Positions 18,727-28,552 of a stretch of DNA of 64,000 nucleotides are shown piece after piece. The notes under the pieces were generated by a model, which saw nothing but the letters and a program-made list of their open reading frames with translations, did not search any database and was not told where the DNA came from. Source of the DNA: Chryseobacterium gleum. Its GTDB lineage: Bacteria > Bacteroidota > Bacteroidia > Flavobacteriales_D > Crocinitomicaceae. The translations under genes and the position numbers were made by a program. The stretch covers positions 2,591 through 66,590 of the forward strand of contig CAMAPI010000004.1 of NCBI GenBank assembly GCA_945860065.1, written 5' to 3'. Numbering within the stretch: the first letter of the stretch is position 1; every line of letters begins with the position of its first letter.

Positions 18727-21099
18727 ATGAAACACTATTACTTTATCCTTTTTTTCATGCTTTTGACGTATGAGGGAAAGACTCAAGTGAATAAATCCGC
18801 CGTTTGGACGCTTCAAGCTGCGTGCGTAACACCGCAGCAAGTTGACAGTTCGACATCCGTAACTTATGACCAAAGTTGGGTTGAAGTCCAAGGGAAAAGA
18901 ACCCTTCATTCATCACTTTATCAAAACAATAAAGGAGATATAAAAGCTCGTTTCAGCCTAAAACCGATTCATTACCTCAATAAGGAAAAAGAGCTTGTAA
19001 AGATCGATTATGGTCTAAAGAAGTCCTTTGATGGTTGGGCTGCCGCACAACAACCTTTCCCTACATATCTTTCCACAGAAGGAAGTTTTTCACTTAGTTC
19101 AACAGACTTAAATAAACTTACTTTTGGTGAATCAAGCAAGATAAACGGTGTAGAAGCAGGTCAGGGCTTTCAACTATCCGATAACATTGCATTTTATGAA
19201 GATGTCATTCCTCATGTTGACAAGCAAGTGGTGTTTTTGGAGAATGCCGTTAAATTTACGTACAGACTCAACGAACAGCTCACTAGTGAAGCACCCGAAT
19301 TATTGATTGAAGAAAAACTAGTTTTCCCGACTTCGTACCGCATTGAAAAGGAAATGGATGAGCAAGGTAAAGTCTGCCAACGCTTAACCATTCTTGATGA
19401 AAAAGGAATAATTGCTGCCCGACTTGAGCCCATTATTTGTTACGATGCCTTGGGACAAACACACATAGGACGCTACGAAGTGCTTGAAAAAAAGGATGGA
19501 AAATACCTACAAATGTTTATAACATCCAACTGGTTAACTGAAAGTGTAAGGGCCTACCCAGTTTACATCGATCCTGTTATTTCTGGTCCATTGAGTACGT
19601 GGAATAATGGGTATATGCCTTCTTGTTTCATGCCAGCGTACAATAAAGACAGTATCCAAGTAACCATCCCTGCAGGCATTACCGCAACAGGAGTATACGT
19701 TTCAGGGAGTTTTTATGCTGACCCATTTACATTTGCCACAATGAGTCAAGGTGCAATGTATTACAGTTCAAGTTGTGGAAGTTCTTCGATATTTACGGTT
19801 ACTGGTGCCACAGCAACATTACCTGGAACCGCTTATTTGGATAGTTTTAATTTGATGAATCCACTCAGTTGTTGCATTGGCGAATCATGTTCACCAGTTT
19901 CGTTTTGGGTACGCATGCATATTGGCAGGAATGCCTTAGGATCAGGATGTAACATCAACTATATTCGATACGACCCTTTCGCATCCATTTATCCATTCGA
20001 AGTAATTGTTTATGGTAAAACGCCGGAAACATATGGCAACCAATGGTTTGTCAATCAAACACCAATTTGTTCGAATACGTGTACATTCAATGCTACAGCA
20101 TATGCACGTTATGGGGTAGCTCCGTACACTTTTTCTCATCCTTGGTCAACAGAGCTTATTACGGTAGGACAAAACATTGGCTGTGCAAATGGTTCTACGA
20201 ATCACGTCTTTACTTTAACGAATCCAAATTGTCCGGTATATTGCGACAGTTTATTCACGAGTTTGGTTGTTCCGCCACCTGTAATTATTGATGCATGCGG
20301 GACCCAAATCTTAAACATTGCACCGGAAACGAAGCCCATCATTCCAGCTACGGAACCGGCATTAGTTTACGATTCCGTGTTGTGCCAAGGTGAGTCCATC
20401 AACATACAGAATAGTTCATGTCTCAACGGAGGAATAAGTCACTATTTTGGAGATGCAAGTGGCGACGGAAATATCCAGCAATTCATTGCAAATACGACTG
20501 ATTCAGCCCTGCAGGTTCATTACGAAGCTTATGCCGAAATCAATGGTTGTGTTTCAGACACACAACAAATCAATATTCAAATTTACCCGAATCCTATTGC
20601 GCAAGTTACGATTAATCCCAATCCTGTTGTCGTCACGAATCCGTTCAGCGTGCAAGACGCATCGCTTTCTCCCGCTGGAACGATTGTTTTTTGGAATTGG
20701 GATTTAGCAGATAGCAGCTTTTCGCAGACCACCTCTTTTTCCGGGTCATATGCTATACCAGGACAATATCCATTGTGCCTAACGATACAAAACAATCATG
20801 GCTGTATCGATAGTGTATGCACGAACATCACGGTTGTTCCAGCTGAAATCACGAACATCAACGTCATCACTTCGGATGGAGATGGGATTAACGATCGTTT
20901 ATCCTTTGAATACTTGTCCTTTTATCCCGATAATGAAGTATTTATCTTTAACCGATGGGGACAGTTATTGTACAGTGCGAAAAACTACGACAATTCCTGG
21001 GATGGAAGTGAATACGATGAAGGGACTTATTTCTATGTATTAAAAATCTTCGAGCTTGATCAGACCCTACAGAGTTTCTTTCAATTAGTGAAAAACTAA
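18727..21099 (+). CDS. Secreted protein with PKD-like region and T9SS type-B (CHU_C/gliding-associated) C-terminal sorting domain
   Basis: 790 aa with a signal peptide. The C-terminal block ITSDGDGINDRLSFEYLSFYPDNEVFIFNRWGQLLYSAKNYDNSWDG...GTYFYVLKI matches the type-B sorting domain consensus. Confidence 0.85.
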   Translation: MKHYYFILFFMLLTYEGKTQVNKSAVWTLQAACVTPQQVDSSTSVTYDQSWVEVQGKRTLHSSLYQNNKGDIKARFSLKPIHYLNKEKELVKIDYGLKKSFDGWAAAQQPFPTYLSTEGSFSLSSTDLNKLTFGESSKINGVEAGQGFQLSDNIAFYEDVIPHVDKQVVFLENAVKFTYRLNEQLTSEAPELLIEEKLVFPTSYRIEKEMDEQGKVCQRLTILDEKGIIAARLEPIICYDALGQTHIGRYEVLEKKDGKYLQMFITSNWLTESVRAYPVYIDPVISGPLSTWNNGYMPSCFMPAYNKDSIQVTIPAGITATGVYVSGSFYADPFTFATMSQGAMYYSSSCGSSSIFTVTGATATLPGTAYLDSFNLMNPLSCCIGESCSPVSFWVRMHIGRNALGSGCNINYIRYDPFASIYPFEVIVYGKTPETYGNQWFVNQTPICSNTCTFNATAYARYGVAPYTFSHPWSTELITVGQNIGCANGSTNHVFTLTNPNCPVYCDSLFTSLVVPPPVIIDACGTQILNIAPETKPIIPATEPALVYDSVLCQGESINIQNSSCLNGGISHYFGDASGDGNIQQFIANTTDSALQVHYEAYAEINGCVSDTQQINIQIYPNPIAQVTINPNPVVVTNPFSVQDASLSPAGTIVFWNWDLADSSFSQTTSFSGSYAIPGQYPLCLTIQNNHGCIDSVCTNITVVPAEITNINVITSDGDGINDRLSFEYLSFYPDNEVFIFNRWGQLLYSAKNYDNSWDGSEYDEGTYFYVLKIFELDQTLQSFFQLVKN

Positions 21100-22247
21100 A
21101 TTCCGAAGAGTACATTAAATCCAATACGGAACGGATAAACGACAACTGTATGGCCCGTTTTAAACATCGTATTTAATTGATAGCTCACGAACATACCAAA
21201 GTGACCGTAACCGATGCGCGCTGTGGCATCTAAAGTCCAACGATTCATGTTAAATGCTGAAATAGTAGAATTTACAAATTCATCACCATTTGCATAGGTG
21301 CCTGTTAGACTTTGTTTGGTTCCGTAGTTATATGAACCGACGACACCAACAGCAATAAAGTAACTTTTTTCAAAATTTTTATCGAAAGAATAATCCAATA
21401 ATAATGGAATTGAAATCGTTCCAACTTGTAATTTATTGGTTTTAAAATTGAAAGTAGTGTCCTGAACAGCAAATATCGTATCCGCCGTATGCGCCAAAAC
21501 GTAGTTATTTCTGAGGCTATAATTGTGGTATCCAAAACCTAATCCAGTAGTTATTCCTAATTGCTTTCCAGCGATTGGAAACTTTAAATCAAACATATTG
21601 TAATTGAATCCAAACGATTTCATTTGATTGATTTCCCAATATGGATTTTGGTCAAAAGTAACATCGCCCATTTCGTTGGAAAATTGAGAAAAATATACAT
21701 CAAATCCAGCATAGTGCCCGTTTCCGAATTTTCGTCCTTCCTCCTCTTCATCAACCCAATCTTCTTCCGAGAAATCCTCGAAATCAGAACCCATTATTGC
21801 ATCATCAATGCTAATGGGTAGACGCATTAAGGATCGAACTGCAAGACCATTTTTCTGAGCTGGAATCCAGTTAGGCATTAGCTGAACAACTGCTACACAA
21901 ATAGAATCGTACACTTGATTCACGCCTTTTTCTACAACGATGTTCGTCAAAGCACCATCCTTCTCAACGATAAAGGAGAGGTAAACGCGTTGATCGTTGA
22001 ATTCAATATCCATTGTATCATCTGGTAGGATAAAATTCACAAAAATGAATTCAATCAAGGAATCCGGTCCACCTGGATATTGAGCTTCCGTATCGGGGAA
22101 ATTCACAATAGAATCCGGAGGCGCAATGCTCACCAGTATTGGTTCAGGTGTGCCACCAACAATAACATCCACTTGCGCAAACAGCGTGGAAATACTCAAT
22201 AAACAGCTTAAGGAAAGTAGAAATTTCATCGTTCTAAGTTTCCTCAA
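21096..22247 (-). CDS. Fusion protein: signal peptide + TonB C-terminal-like domain + acidic linker + C-terminal outer-membrane beta-barrel-like domain
   Basis: 383 aa. Contains a TonB_C-like block (EAQYPGGPDSLIEFI...YLSFIVEKDGALTNIVVEKG...RLPISI), then DFEDFSEEDWVDEEEEG, then alternating aromatic/Gly beta-strand patterns ending in F. It sits 8 nt downstream of the TonB-dependent receptor. Confidence 0.6.
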   Translation of the reverse strand: MRKLRTMKFLLSLSCLLSISTLFAQVDVIVGGTPEPILVSIAPPDSIVNFPDTEAQYPGGPDSLIEFIFVNFILPDDTMDIEFNDQRVYLSFIVEKDGALTNIVVEKGVNQVYDSICVAVVQLMPNWIPAQKNGLAVRSLMRLPISIDDAIMGSDFEDFSEEDWVDEEEEGRKFGNGHYAGFDVYFSQFSNEMGDVTFDQNPYWEINQMKSFGFNYNMFDLKFPIAGKQLGITTGLGFGYHNYSLRNNYVLAHTADTIFAVQDTTFNFKTNKLQVGTISIPLLLDYSFDKNFEKSYFIAVGVVGSYNYGTKQSLTGTYANGDEFVNSTISAFNMNRWTLDATARIGYGHFGMFVSYQLNTMFKTGHTVVVYPFRIGFNVLFGI

Positions 22248-22255
22248 AAGTACAA

Positions 22256-24724
22256 TTAAAACTTTAAGAGCACACGTGCGATGAAATTTCTTCCAGCTTG
22301 TGGATAATAAAAGTTTTCCGTGGTTGTTTGTCCACCGTAGGCATAAGAAAACGTATAACCATTATTCGAATACATTTGATTGAAGACATTGTTGATCATT
22401 AGTCCAAATTGGATTTCCTTGCAGAATTTATTGAAAATGGAGTAGTTGAATTGAATATTAGAGAAATTAAATGGATCGATGCTTCGGTTGACGTTTCCTG
22501 TGTTATCTAGAAATTGTCTGCCCACTAATTTCGTCATCCAAGCGATGTTTAAATTGTCAATCGGCATCCAGTCTAGGCCAATGTTGCCGATAATATTTGG
22601 CGAAAAGGACATGTTTGTATTTGTATGAGTAATCACTTGCTGTGTATAGTATGGCACTGTATCTAAATAGGTATCAAGGTATTCGTTGAATTGCGCTATT
22701 TTATTTTGACTCAGGGTAATTCCACCTGTCAATTTTAATTTTTTATCGAAGCGATACGAACCATAAACTTCCACTCCTAGGCGGTAACTTTTCGCGACAT
22801 TCGAGTGAATATAGGCGCCCACATCATTGATTTCTCCCGTTAATAATAATTGATTGTGGTAATTCATGAAATACACATTTGTCGTTAAGTTCAATTTGCT
22901 TGTACTTATTTGATGTCCAAATTCCACATCTTGCAAGGTTTCGAAACTCGGACGATTTTCAACTGTACTTGCAACAAAATCCGCACGAACTGGTTCTCTG
23001 TGACTGATTCCACCGTTCAAGAATAACATTTGGTTGGAGTTGATTTTGAAGCTTCCACCAACCTTTGGATTGAAGAAATTAAATTGAACTGCTTGAGTCA
23101 CATCGACTGGAGTTCCATTCACCAATTCTTTTCCAATAAAGGCATAGTCAACATGTCTAAATTGCAAATCGGTATAAACATCGAAGCGTTCTCTTTTATA
23201 AACAGCTTTTACATATGAACTAACTTCCGATTTTCTGGAATCGTTGCTATAATGGCGTTGGTAAATTTCACTGTTTGATGCATACTCTGCCCAAACCAAC
23301 TCACCGTAGTGTCCGCCAAAATAGGTATTTGCAGATCCTCCCAGGACAAAATCCAAATGAGCTGTTGGTTTATAGGTAATTCCATACACCGCTCCAACGA
23401 AATCATTGTCCAGCCACAAGCGACGAATCAAGTCAGTTTGTTGAGTGGTATCTGATCCAATGATAACCGGATTCAAGCCATAATCCGCTAAATTTTCTCC
23501 TTTGCGGTATTGTTCATAGTATCCACGACCGTAAGTATAGTGTCCGGCTAGGTTCAAAATAAATTTGTCATTGAAGGTATGCGTGAAATGCAATTGATAG
23601 TTATCTTGTTGATAGTTATCCACTTCGTTTTTGTAGGTGTAAAAGTTGTAAGTCCTTCCCGCATTCAATAGATTTTCGCGATCTGTCGAGCTCAATCCAT
23701 TTCGGTCCGCATAGGCATTCATGGCCGCTGTATCTCCTTTTACTCGGCTCTCCGGTGTTCCGTACCACGCTTGGTAGGTGATTTCTTTCCCGCTAAAAAC
23801 GATGGCCTTTAAAACAGACTTTTTTCCAATGTACGCACCAGAAAGAAAATACGATTTCAAATCTGAACTCGCACGATCGAGGTAACCGTTGGATTGAATA
23901 CTGGACATTCTAGTTTCTAAAGAAAAATGTTTGTTGATAATGCCTGTTCCTGCTTTGATCGTCGTTTTATACGTTCCGAAAGAACCCACCGATTGGTCGA
24001 TTGAACCAAATGGTTTTTCAGAAATGTCTTGTGTTTTAATGTTTAAAGAGGCTCCAAATGAAGCTGCTCCGTTGGTGGATGATCCAACACCTCGTTGAAT
24101 TTGTATGTTTTCGATAGAGGACGCTAAATCAGGCATATTCACCCAATATACGGCATGAGATTCTGGATCATTCACCGGAATTCCATTAATTGTCACATTG
24201 ATTCGTGTAGCATCCACACCTCGTATGCGAATTCCAGTATACCCAACTCCTGCACCAGCATCGGAAGTTGTCACTAAGGATGGTGTCGCTTCCAAAAGAA
24301 CGGGTAAGTCTTGTCCAAAATTCTTACGTTCCAATGGATTTATTTTTCGAATAAGGATTTGCGAGGTGTTGAAATCCGTTAAACGTGTTGTATTTACCTG
24401 AACGTCCTCCAAGGTTTTCATACTAGAGAAGAGAAGAACCTTCACTTCAAGAGTTGATTTTGCTGAGATGGTCATCGCTTGCTGTAAAAATCCAGGTTTT
24501 TCGACAATAATCGTATACGAGGAGTCAGAAATAGCTAATTGTGTGATTTCAAATCTTCCCTTCGCATCGGAATTCACAAGGATATTGGTGTTCAATACTG
24601 AAACTTGGGCCGCTTGAATAAATGCGCCCGTTCGATCTTCGATTACGCCATGTATGCGCTGTTGAGACAAAGCAACTTGACAAGCACATAAAAAAAATAA
24701 ACTGGTAACAATTCTTGTTTTCAT
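22256..24724 (-). CDS. TonB-dependent receptor (CarbopepD_reg N-domain + plug + barrel), thiamin-related by riboswitch context
   Basis: Signal peptide from the MKTRIV start at 24724. Has a carboxypeptidase-regulatory-like N-domain (RIHGVIEDRTG...AKGRFEI), a plug (DATRINVTINGIPVND) and a C-terminal aromatic residue (LLKF). It is preceded by a TPP riboswitch. Confidence 0.9.
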   Translation of the reverse strand: MKTRIVTSLFFLCACQVALSQQRIHGVIEDRTGAFIQAAQVSVLNTNILVNSDAKGRFEITQLAISDSSYTIIVEKPGFLQQAMTISAKSTLEVKVLLFSSMKTLEDVQVNTTRLTDFNTSQILIRKINPLERKNFGQDLPVLLEATPSLVTTSDAGAGVGYTGIRIRGVDATRINVTINGIPVNDPESHAVYWVNMPDLASSIENIQIQRGVGSSTNGAASFGASLNIKTQDISEKPFGSIDQSVGSFGTYKTTIKAGTGIINKHFSLETRMSSIQSNGYLDRASSDLKSYFLSGAYIGKKSVLKAIVFSGKEITYQAWYGTPESRVKGDTAAMNAYADRNGLSSTDRENLLNAGRTYNFYTYKNEVDNYQQDNYQLHFTHTFNDKFILNLAGHYTYGRGYYEQYRKGENLADYGLNPVIIGSDTTQQTDLIRRLWLDNDFVGAVYGITYKPTAHLDFVLGGSANTYFGGHYGELVWAEYASNSEIYQRHYSNDSRKSEVSSYVKAVYKRERFDVYTDLQFRHVDYAFIGKELVNGTPVDVTQAVQFNFFNPKVGGSFKINSNQMLFLNGGISHREPVRADFVASTVENRPSFETLQDVEFGHQISTSKLNLTTNVYFMNYHNQLLLTGEINDVGAYIHSNVAKSYRLGVEVYGSYRFDKKLKLTGGITLSQNKIAQFNEYLDTYLDTVPYYTQQVITHTNTNMSFSPNIIGNIGLDWMPIDNLNIAWMTKLVGRQFLDNTGNVNRSIDPFNFSNIQFNYSIFNKFCKEIQFGLMINNVFNQMYSNNGYTFSYAYGGQTTTENFYYPQAGRNFIARVLLKF

Positions 24725-24784
24725 TTTATAAAAAATTAAACAAGAACAAGGGGCTAATTCCTGGTGAATAAATAACAACTAGCT

Positions 24785-24862
24785 CGGTCATCTTCCCTGC
24801 GCAGGCATTATCCTACAGGTTCAATGGGTGTAATCTCAGCCTTTCGGCACCCCTTAGAGACA
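24785..24862 (-). promoter_or_regulatory. TPP (THI-box) riboswitch aptamer
   Basis: Minus strand reads CUAAGGGGUGCCGAAAGGCUGAGAUUACACCCAUUGAACCUGUAGGAUAAUGCCUGCGCAGGGAAG. This contains the conserved THI-box blocks GGGGUGC, CUGAGA, ACCC, AACCUG, GGAUAAUGCC and GCGNAGGGAA in canonical order and spacing. Confidence 0.9.
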
Positions 24863-24865
24863 GTA

Positions 24866-24873
24866 CAAAGTTA
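24866..24873 (-). promoter_or_regulatory. Candidate -7 promoter box (TAACTTTG) just upstream of the riboswitch
   Basis: The minus-strand TAACTTTG matches TAnnTTTG. A start a few nt downstream would fall at the 5' edge of the THI-box P1 region. Confidence 0.5.
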
Positions 24874-24912
24874 ATGAAGAATGTGAAACAATCTTAGAAA
24901 GTGTAGATTAAT

Positions 24913-25893
24913 TTAAACTAATCCTTCAACAATTTTCGCGATTTGAACGGCATTTGTCGCAGCGCCTTTTCTCAAGTTGTCAGCTACGATCCATAAATTC
25001 AATGAATTTGCTTGACTTTCATCATGTCGAATGCGTCCAACAAAGACATCGTCTTTTCCTTGCGCAAATTTAGGCATTGGATAGGTATACGTATCTTGAT
25101 TGTCTTGCAAGGTGATTCCTGAAGTTTCATAGAGGATTTTACGCACCTCATCTAAACTAAAGTCTTTTTCAAATTCGATATTCACCGCTTCTGAATGTCC
25201 ACCAACAACAGGAACACGAACGGCTGTCGCCGTAACTAGAATCGAAGGATCCAGAATTTTCTTGGTTTCGTTCGTTAGTTTCATTTCCTCTTTCGTGTAT
25301 CCATTGTCTTCGAATACATCACACTGAGGAATGCAATTTTTATCGATGGGATACTTGTACGCCATTTCACCGGAAATCCCAGCGCGTTCATTTTCCATTT
25401 GTTCTAGGGCCTTCACACCTGTTCCGGTAATGGATTGATACGTTGAGACAATCACGCGTTTGATGCCAAATCGTTTGTGCAAAGGAGCTAGTACCATGAC
25501 CAATTGAATGGTGCTGCAATTTGGATTCGCAATGATTTTATCCTCTTTCGTCAACAAGTGTCCATTGATTTCTGGAACAATGAGCTTTTTGGTTGGATCC
25601 ATGCGCCAAACGGATGAATTGTCAATAACTACTGTTCCAACTTCTGCAAATTTTGGAGCCCAAATCAAAGATGTTTCTCCACCTGCGGAAAAAATAGCAA
25701 TATCTGGACGCATATCCACAGCCGTTTGGAGTCCAACAACATGAAATTCCAATCCACCAAATTCTATTTTATTCCCTACAGATTTCTTTGACGCAACGGG
25801 GATTAAGGTCGTAATTGGGAAATTTTGTTCCTTTAATACTTGCAACATCACACGTCCAACCATGCCTGTTGCTCCAATAACTGCTACTTTCAT
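24913..25893 (-). CDS. asd: Aspartate-semialdehyde dehydrogenase
   Basis: 326 aa. Has the Rossmann motif VAVIGATGMVGR and the active-site region IANPNCSTIQLV, and is Asd-like overall. Confidence 0.93.
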   Translation of the reverse strand: MKVAVIGATGMVGRVMLQVLKEQNFPITTLIPVASKKSVGNKIEFGGLEFHVVGLQTAVDMRPDIAIFSAGGETSLIWAPKFAEVGTVVIDNSSVWRMDPTKKLIVPEINGHLLTKEDKIIANPNCSTIQLVMVLAPLHKRFGIKRVIVSTYQSITGTGVKALEQMENERAGISGEMAYKYPIDKNCIPQCDVFEDNGYTKEEMKLTNETKKILDPSILVTATAVRVPVVGGHSEAVNIEFEKDFSLDEVRKILYETSGITLQDNQDTYTYPMPKFAQGKDDVFVGRIRHDESQANSLNLWIVADNLRKGAATNAVQIAKIVEGLV

Positions 25894-25940
25894 TCGTTAT
25901 AAAACTATTTAAGTTTGTAAAATTAATATATTTGATTGCT

Positions 25941-28535
25941 ATGAGGTCAATTCAAGGAATTTTATTGTTTTTTTCACTGCTGAGTTCTTTTTTTGTTCGA
26001 GCTCAACTAGCAGATAATTTTATAGATGGGGATTTCACCAATAATCCTTCATGGACAGGAAGTTCCGCGGAATTTATTGTAAATGCTAGTCAGCAAGTAC
26101 AGCTAAGCAATACCGTTTCTGGAACATCCTACCTTTCTACTGCACATGGATTAAGTAACTTATCCAATCACGAATGGCAATTTTGGGTCAAACAAAGTTT
26201 TGCATCCTCCTCCAGTAACTTTGGCAAGGTTTTTCTTAGTGCGGACAATGCTGATTTAGGCAGCGCTCAGAACGGTTACTATCTCTTATTCGGTGAAGTC
26301 AATGCGTTGGATGCCCTTCGCTTATTCAAGTTAGAAAATGGCATTTCTACCCAACTTTGTGCTGGGGTAGACGGACAAATTTCAGCTAGCTTTGTAGCGC
26401 GTATTAAAGTGGTGCTTTCCATTACCGGGACTTGGGATTTATTTGCTGATTTAAGTGGTGGAACGGGTTTTGTCATCCAAGGAAGCGCTAATGACCCATC
26501 GATTCTTATAGGAACGCACGCCGGGTTTATCTGTACGTATACATCTAGTAACGCTAATAAATTCTATTACGACGATTTTTACATTGGAGCGCCGATTTTA
26601 GATACTCAAGTGCCAATACTCGTTCAAGGCACAGCAATTTCCTCCACGCAAGTGGATGCATTGTTTGACGAAGCGCTCAGTTCATCATCCGCAAATGACG
26701 TAGCAAACTATGCTATTCTACCTTTTAACTCTTTCGTTTCTGCTCAGCAAGATAACTTGAATCCAGCATTGGTGCATTTGACGACCATGTTTCCATTGGC
26801 TAATGGAAATACCTATACCCTAATGACCGCCAATCTATCAGATTTAGCTGGAAATTTAGCAAGTAATCAATCAGTAAACTTTGATTATTTGGTAGCGGAC
26901 ACAGCCGTCAAAGGGGATGTCATTATTTCCGAAATTTTTCCAGATCCTTCGCCAGCCACTGGATTGCCAGAAGTAGAATATGTCGAGATTTTCAACAAAA
27001 GCGGCAAGGTATTTCACCTTCAAGATTGGAAGATTACAGACGGGTCCTCAAACGGAACGATTGGAAATTATTGGTTATTGCCGGGTTCCTACATTGTTTT
27101 GACGGCAACGGCGAATATTGGATTATTTACAAATGTTGCCGGAGTTACGAGTTTTCCCAGTTTAAATAATGCGGGAGATCAACTTATTCTATCGGACGAT
27201 GCCGGATTGGTTTTAGATCAGTTGACGTATACCGACGAATGGTATCAAGATCCGAATAAGCAAGATGGTGGATACAGTTTGGAACGCATTCAATTAAATG
27301 ATCCTTGTTCAACATACGATAATTGGAAAGCATCTACAGACATTAGCGGAGGATCTCCAGGAACCATTAATTCGGTTTTTAGTGCTGCGCCGGATCAAGT
27401 CAATCCGAGTTTAGTTTCCGCCATTGCTTTGAGTCCAAATTTCCTAGAACTTTCCTTTTCAGAGGGAATGGATTCCAGCAGTCTAGCGAATGCATCATTT
27501 ACATTTAATCCGAGTTTAAGTATTCAACAAAGTTTTATTCAAGCGATTGATGACAATCCAAATGGTGTTCCACAGCTTATTTTACAATTCAATGAAAATT
27601 TGCTTCCATCCACTACTTACCAAATTCAACTCGGACCAGTTAGTGATTGTTGGCTGAATGACACGGTCATAATCGGGGGCTTCACTCTGCCAGAACAGGC
27701 AATTCCTGGAGATCTAGTGATCAATGAAATTCTAGCCAATCCCTTGAATGGAGGACAAGATTTTATCGAATTATACAACCGGTCCTCGAAAGTGATTGAT
27801 CTCAAAGATTGGCAACTGGGTAACTTTTACATCGACACCATCGCTAATTTGAAAACCATTTCGGAACACTTTATATTAGAGCCAAATTCGTATGTCGCAA
27901 TAAGTGAAGACACGAGTTTTCTTTTAGAGAATTATCCAGCAAGTGTTTCTGGCAGAATGATACAGATGGATATGCCGAGTTACAACATTGATTCAGGTAC
28001 TGTTTATTTATTTTACAATAGCGAACAAATTGACCGAGTTTCCTATTCCGAAGAGTGGCAATTTTCCTTACTCGATAATTCCGATGGCGTTTCCCTAGAA
28101 CGCATTCTACCAAATGCCCCTTCTAATCAAAACGACAATTGGCATTCAGCGGCTGAGGCCATCGGATTTGCTACTCCTGGCAGAATTAATTCTCAATTTC
28201 AATTTGGTGTTAGCAGTGAATCCATAAGTTTATCCAAGGATGTTTTTTCACCAGACCAAGATGGATTTGAAGATGTTTTAGTGCTTAACTACTCATTTTC
28301 GATTCCAGGAAATCTTGGGAAAGCATCCGTCTTTGATGACATGGGAAGAGAAGTAAAAACACTTTTTACTAATGAATTATTTGGTACAACAGGATTTTTC
28401 ACTTGGGATGGTGTTCAAGAGAATCAAACAAAAGCGCCCATTGGTATATACATCTTGCTAATGGAAGTGTTTTCAACAGACGACGGTGTGATTTTTACAA
28501 AAAAAATCCCGTTTACCTTAGCTGGCAAATTGTAA
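25941..28535 (+). CDS. Large secreted protein with two lamin-tail (LTD) domains and a FlgD-Ig-like C-terminal domain
   Basis: Has a signal peptide. Two LTD-type blocks are present (VIISEIFPDPSP...EYVEIFNKSGKVFHLQDWKI and LVINEILANPLNGGQDFIELYNRSSKVIDLKDWQL). The C-terminal VFSPDQDGFEDVLVLNY... block resembles an FlgD-Ig/T9SS-CTD-like fold. Confidence 0.6.
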   Translation: MRSIQGILLFFSLLSSFFVRAQLADNFIDGDFTNNPSWTGSSAEFIVNASQQVQLSNTVSGTSYLSTAHGLSNLSNHEWQFWVKQSFASSSSNFGKVFLSADNADLGSAQNGYYLLFGEVNALDALRLFKLENGISTQLCAGVDGQISASFVARIKVVLSITGTWDLFADLSGGTGFVIQGSANDPSILIGTHAGFICTYTSSNANKFYYDDFYIGAPILDTQVPILVQGTAISSTQVDALFDEALSSSSANDVANYAILPFNSFVSAQQDNLNPALVHLTTMFPLANGNTYTLMTANLSDLAGNLASNQSVNFDYLVADTAVKGDVIISEIFPDPSPATGLPEVEYVEIFNKSGKVFHLQDWKITDGSSNGTIGNYWLLPGSYIVLTATANIGLFTNVAGVTSFPSLNNAGDQLILSDDAGLVLDQLTYTDEWYQDPNKQDGGYSLERIQLNDPCSTYDNWKASTDISGGSPGTINSVFSAAPDQVNPSLVSAIALSPNFLELSFSEGMDSSSLANASFTFNPSLSIQQSFIQAIDDNPNGVPQLILQFNENLLPSTTYQIQLGPVSDCWLNDTVIIGGFTLPEQAIPGDLVINEILANPLNGGQDFIELYNRSSKVIDLKDWQLGNFYIDTIANLKTISEHFILEPNSYVAISEDTSFLLENYPASVSGRMIQMDMPSYNIDSGTVYLFYNSEQIDRVSYSEEWQFSLLDNSDGVSLERILPNAPSNQNDNWHSAAEAIGFATPGRINSQFQFGVSSESISLSKDVFSPDQDGFEDVLVLNYSFSIPGNLGKASVFDDMGREVKTLFTNELFGTTGFFTWDGVQENQTKAPIGIYILLMEVFSTDDGVIFTKKIPFTLAGKL

Positions 28536-28552
28536 CTTTGTATAAACAACTT

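Noticed and set aside
24725-24778. N-terminal extension of the TonB-dependent receptor ORF (MLFIHQELAPCSCLIFYK...)
   Set aside because: The extension runs into the riboswitch expression platform and lacks signal-peptide character. MKTRIVTSLFFLCAC at 24724 gives a proper signal peptide.
28403-28552. 50-codon upstream extension of the small beta-barrel ORF
   Set aside because: It overlaps the last 133 nt of the LTD protein gene in another frame. The internal ATG at 28553 is followed by a classical signal peptide.
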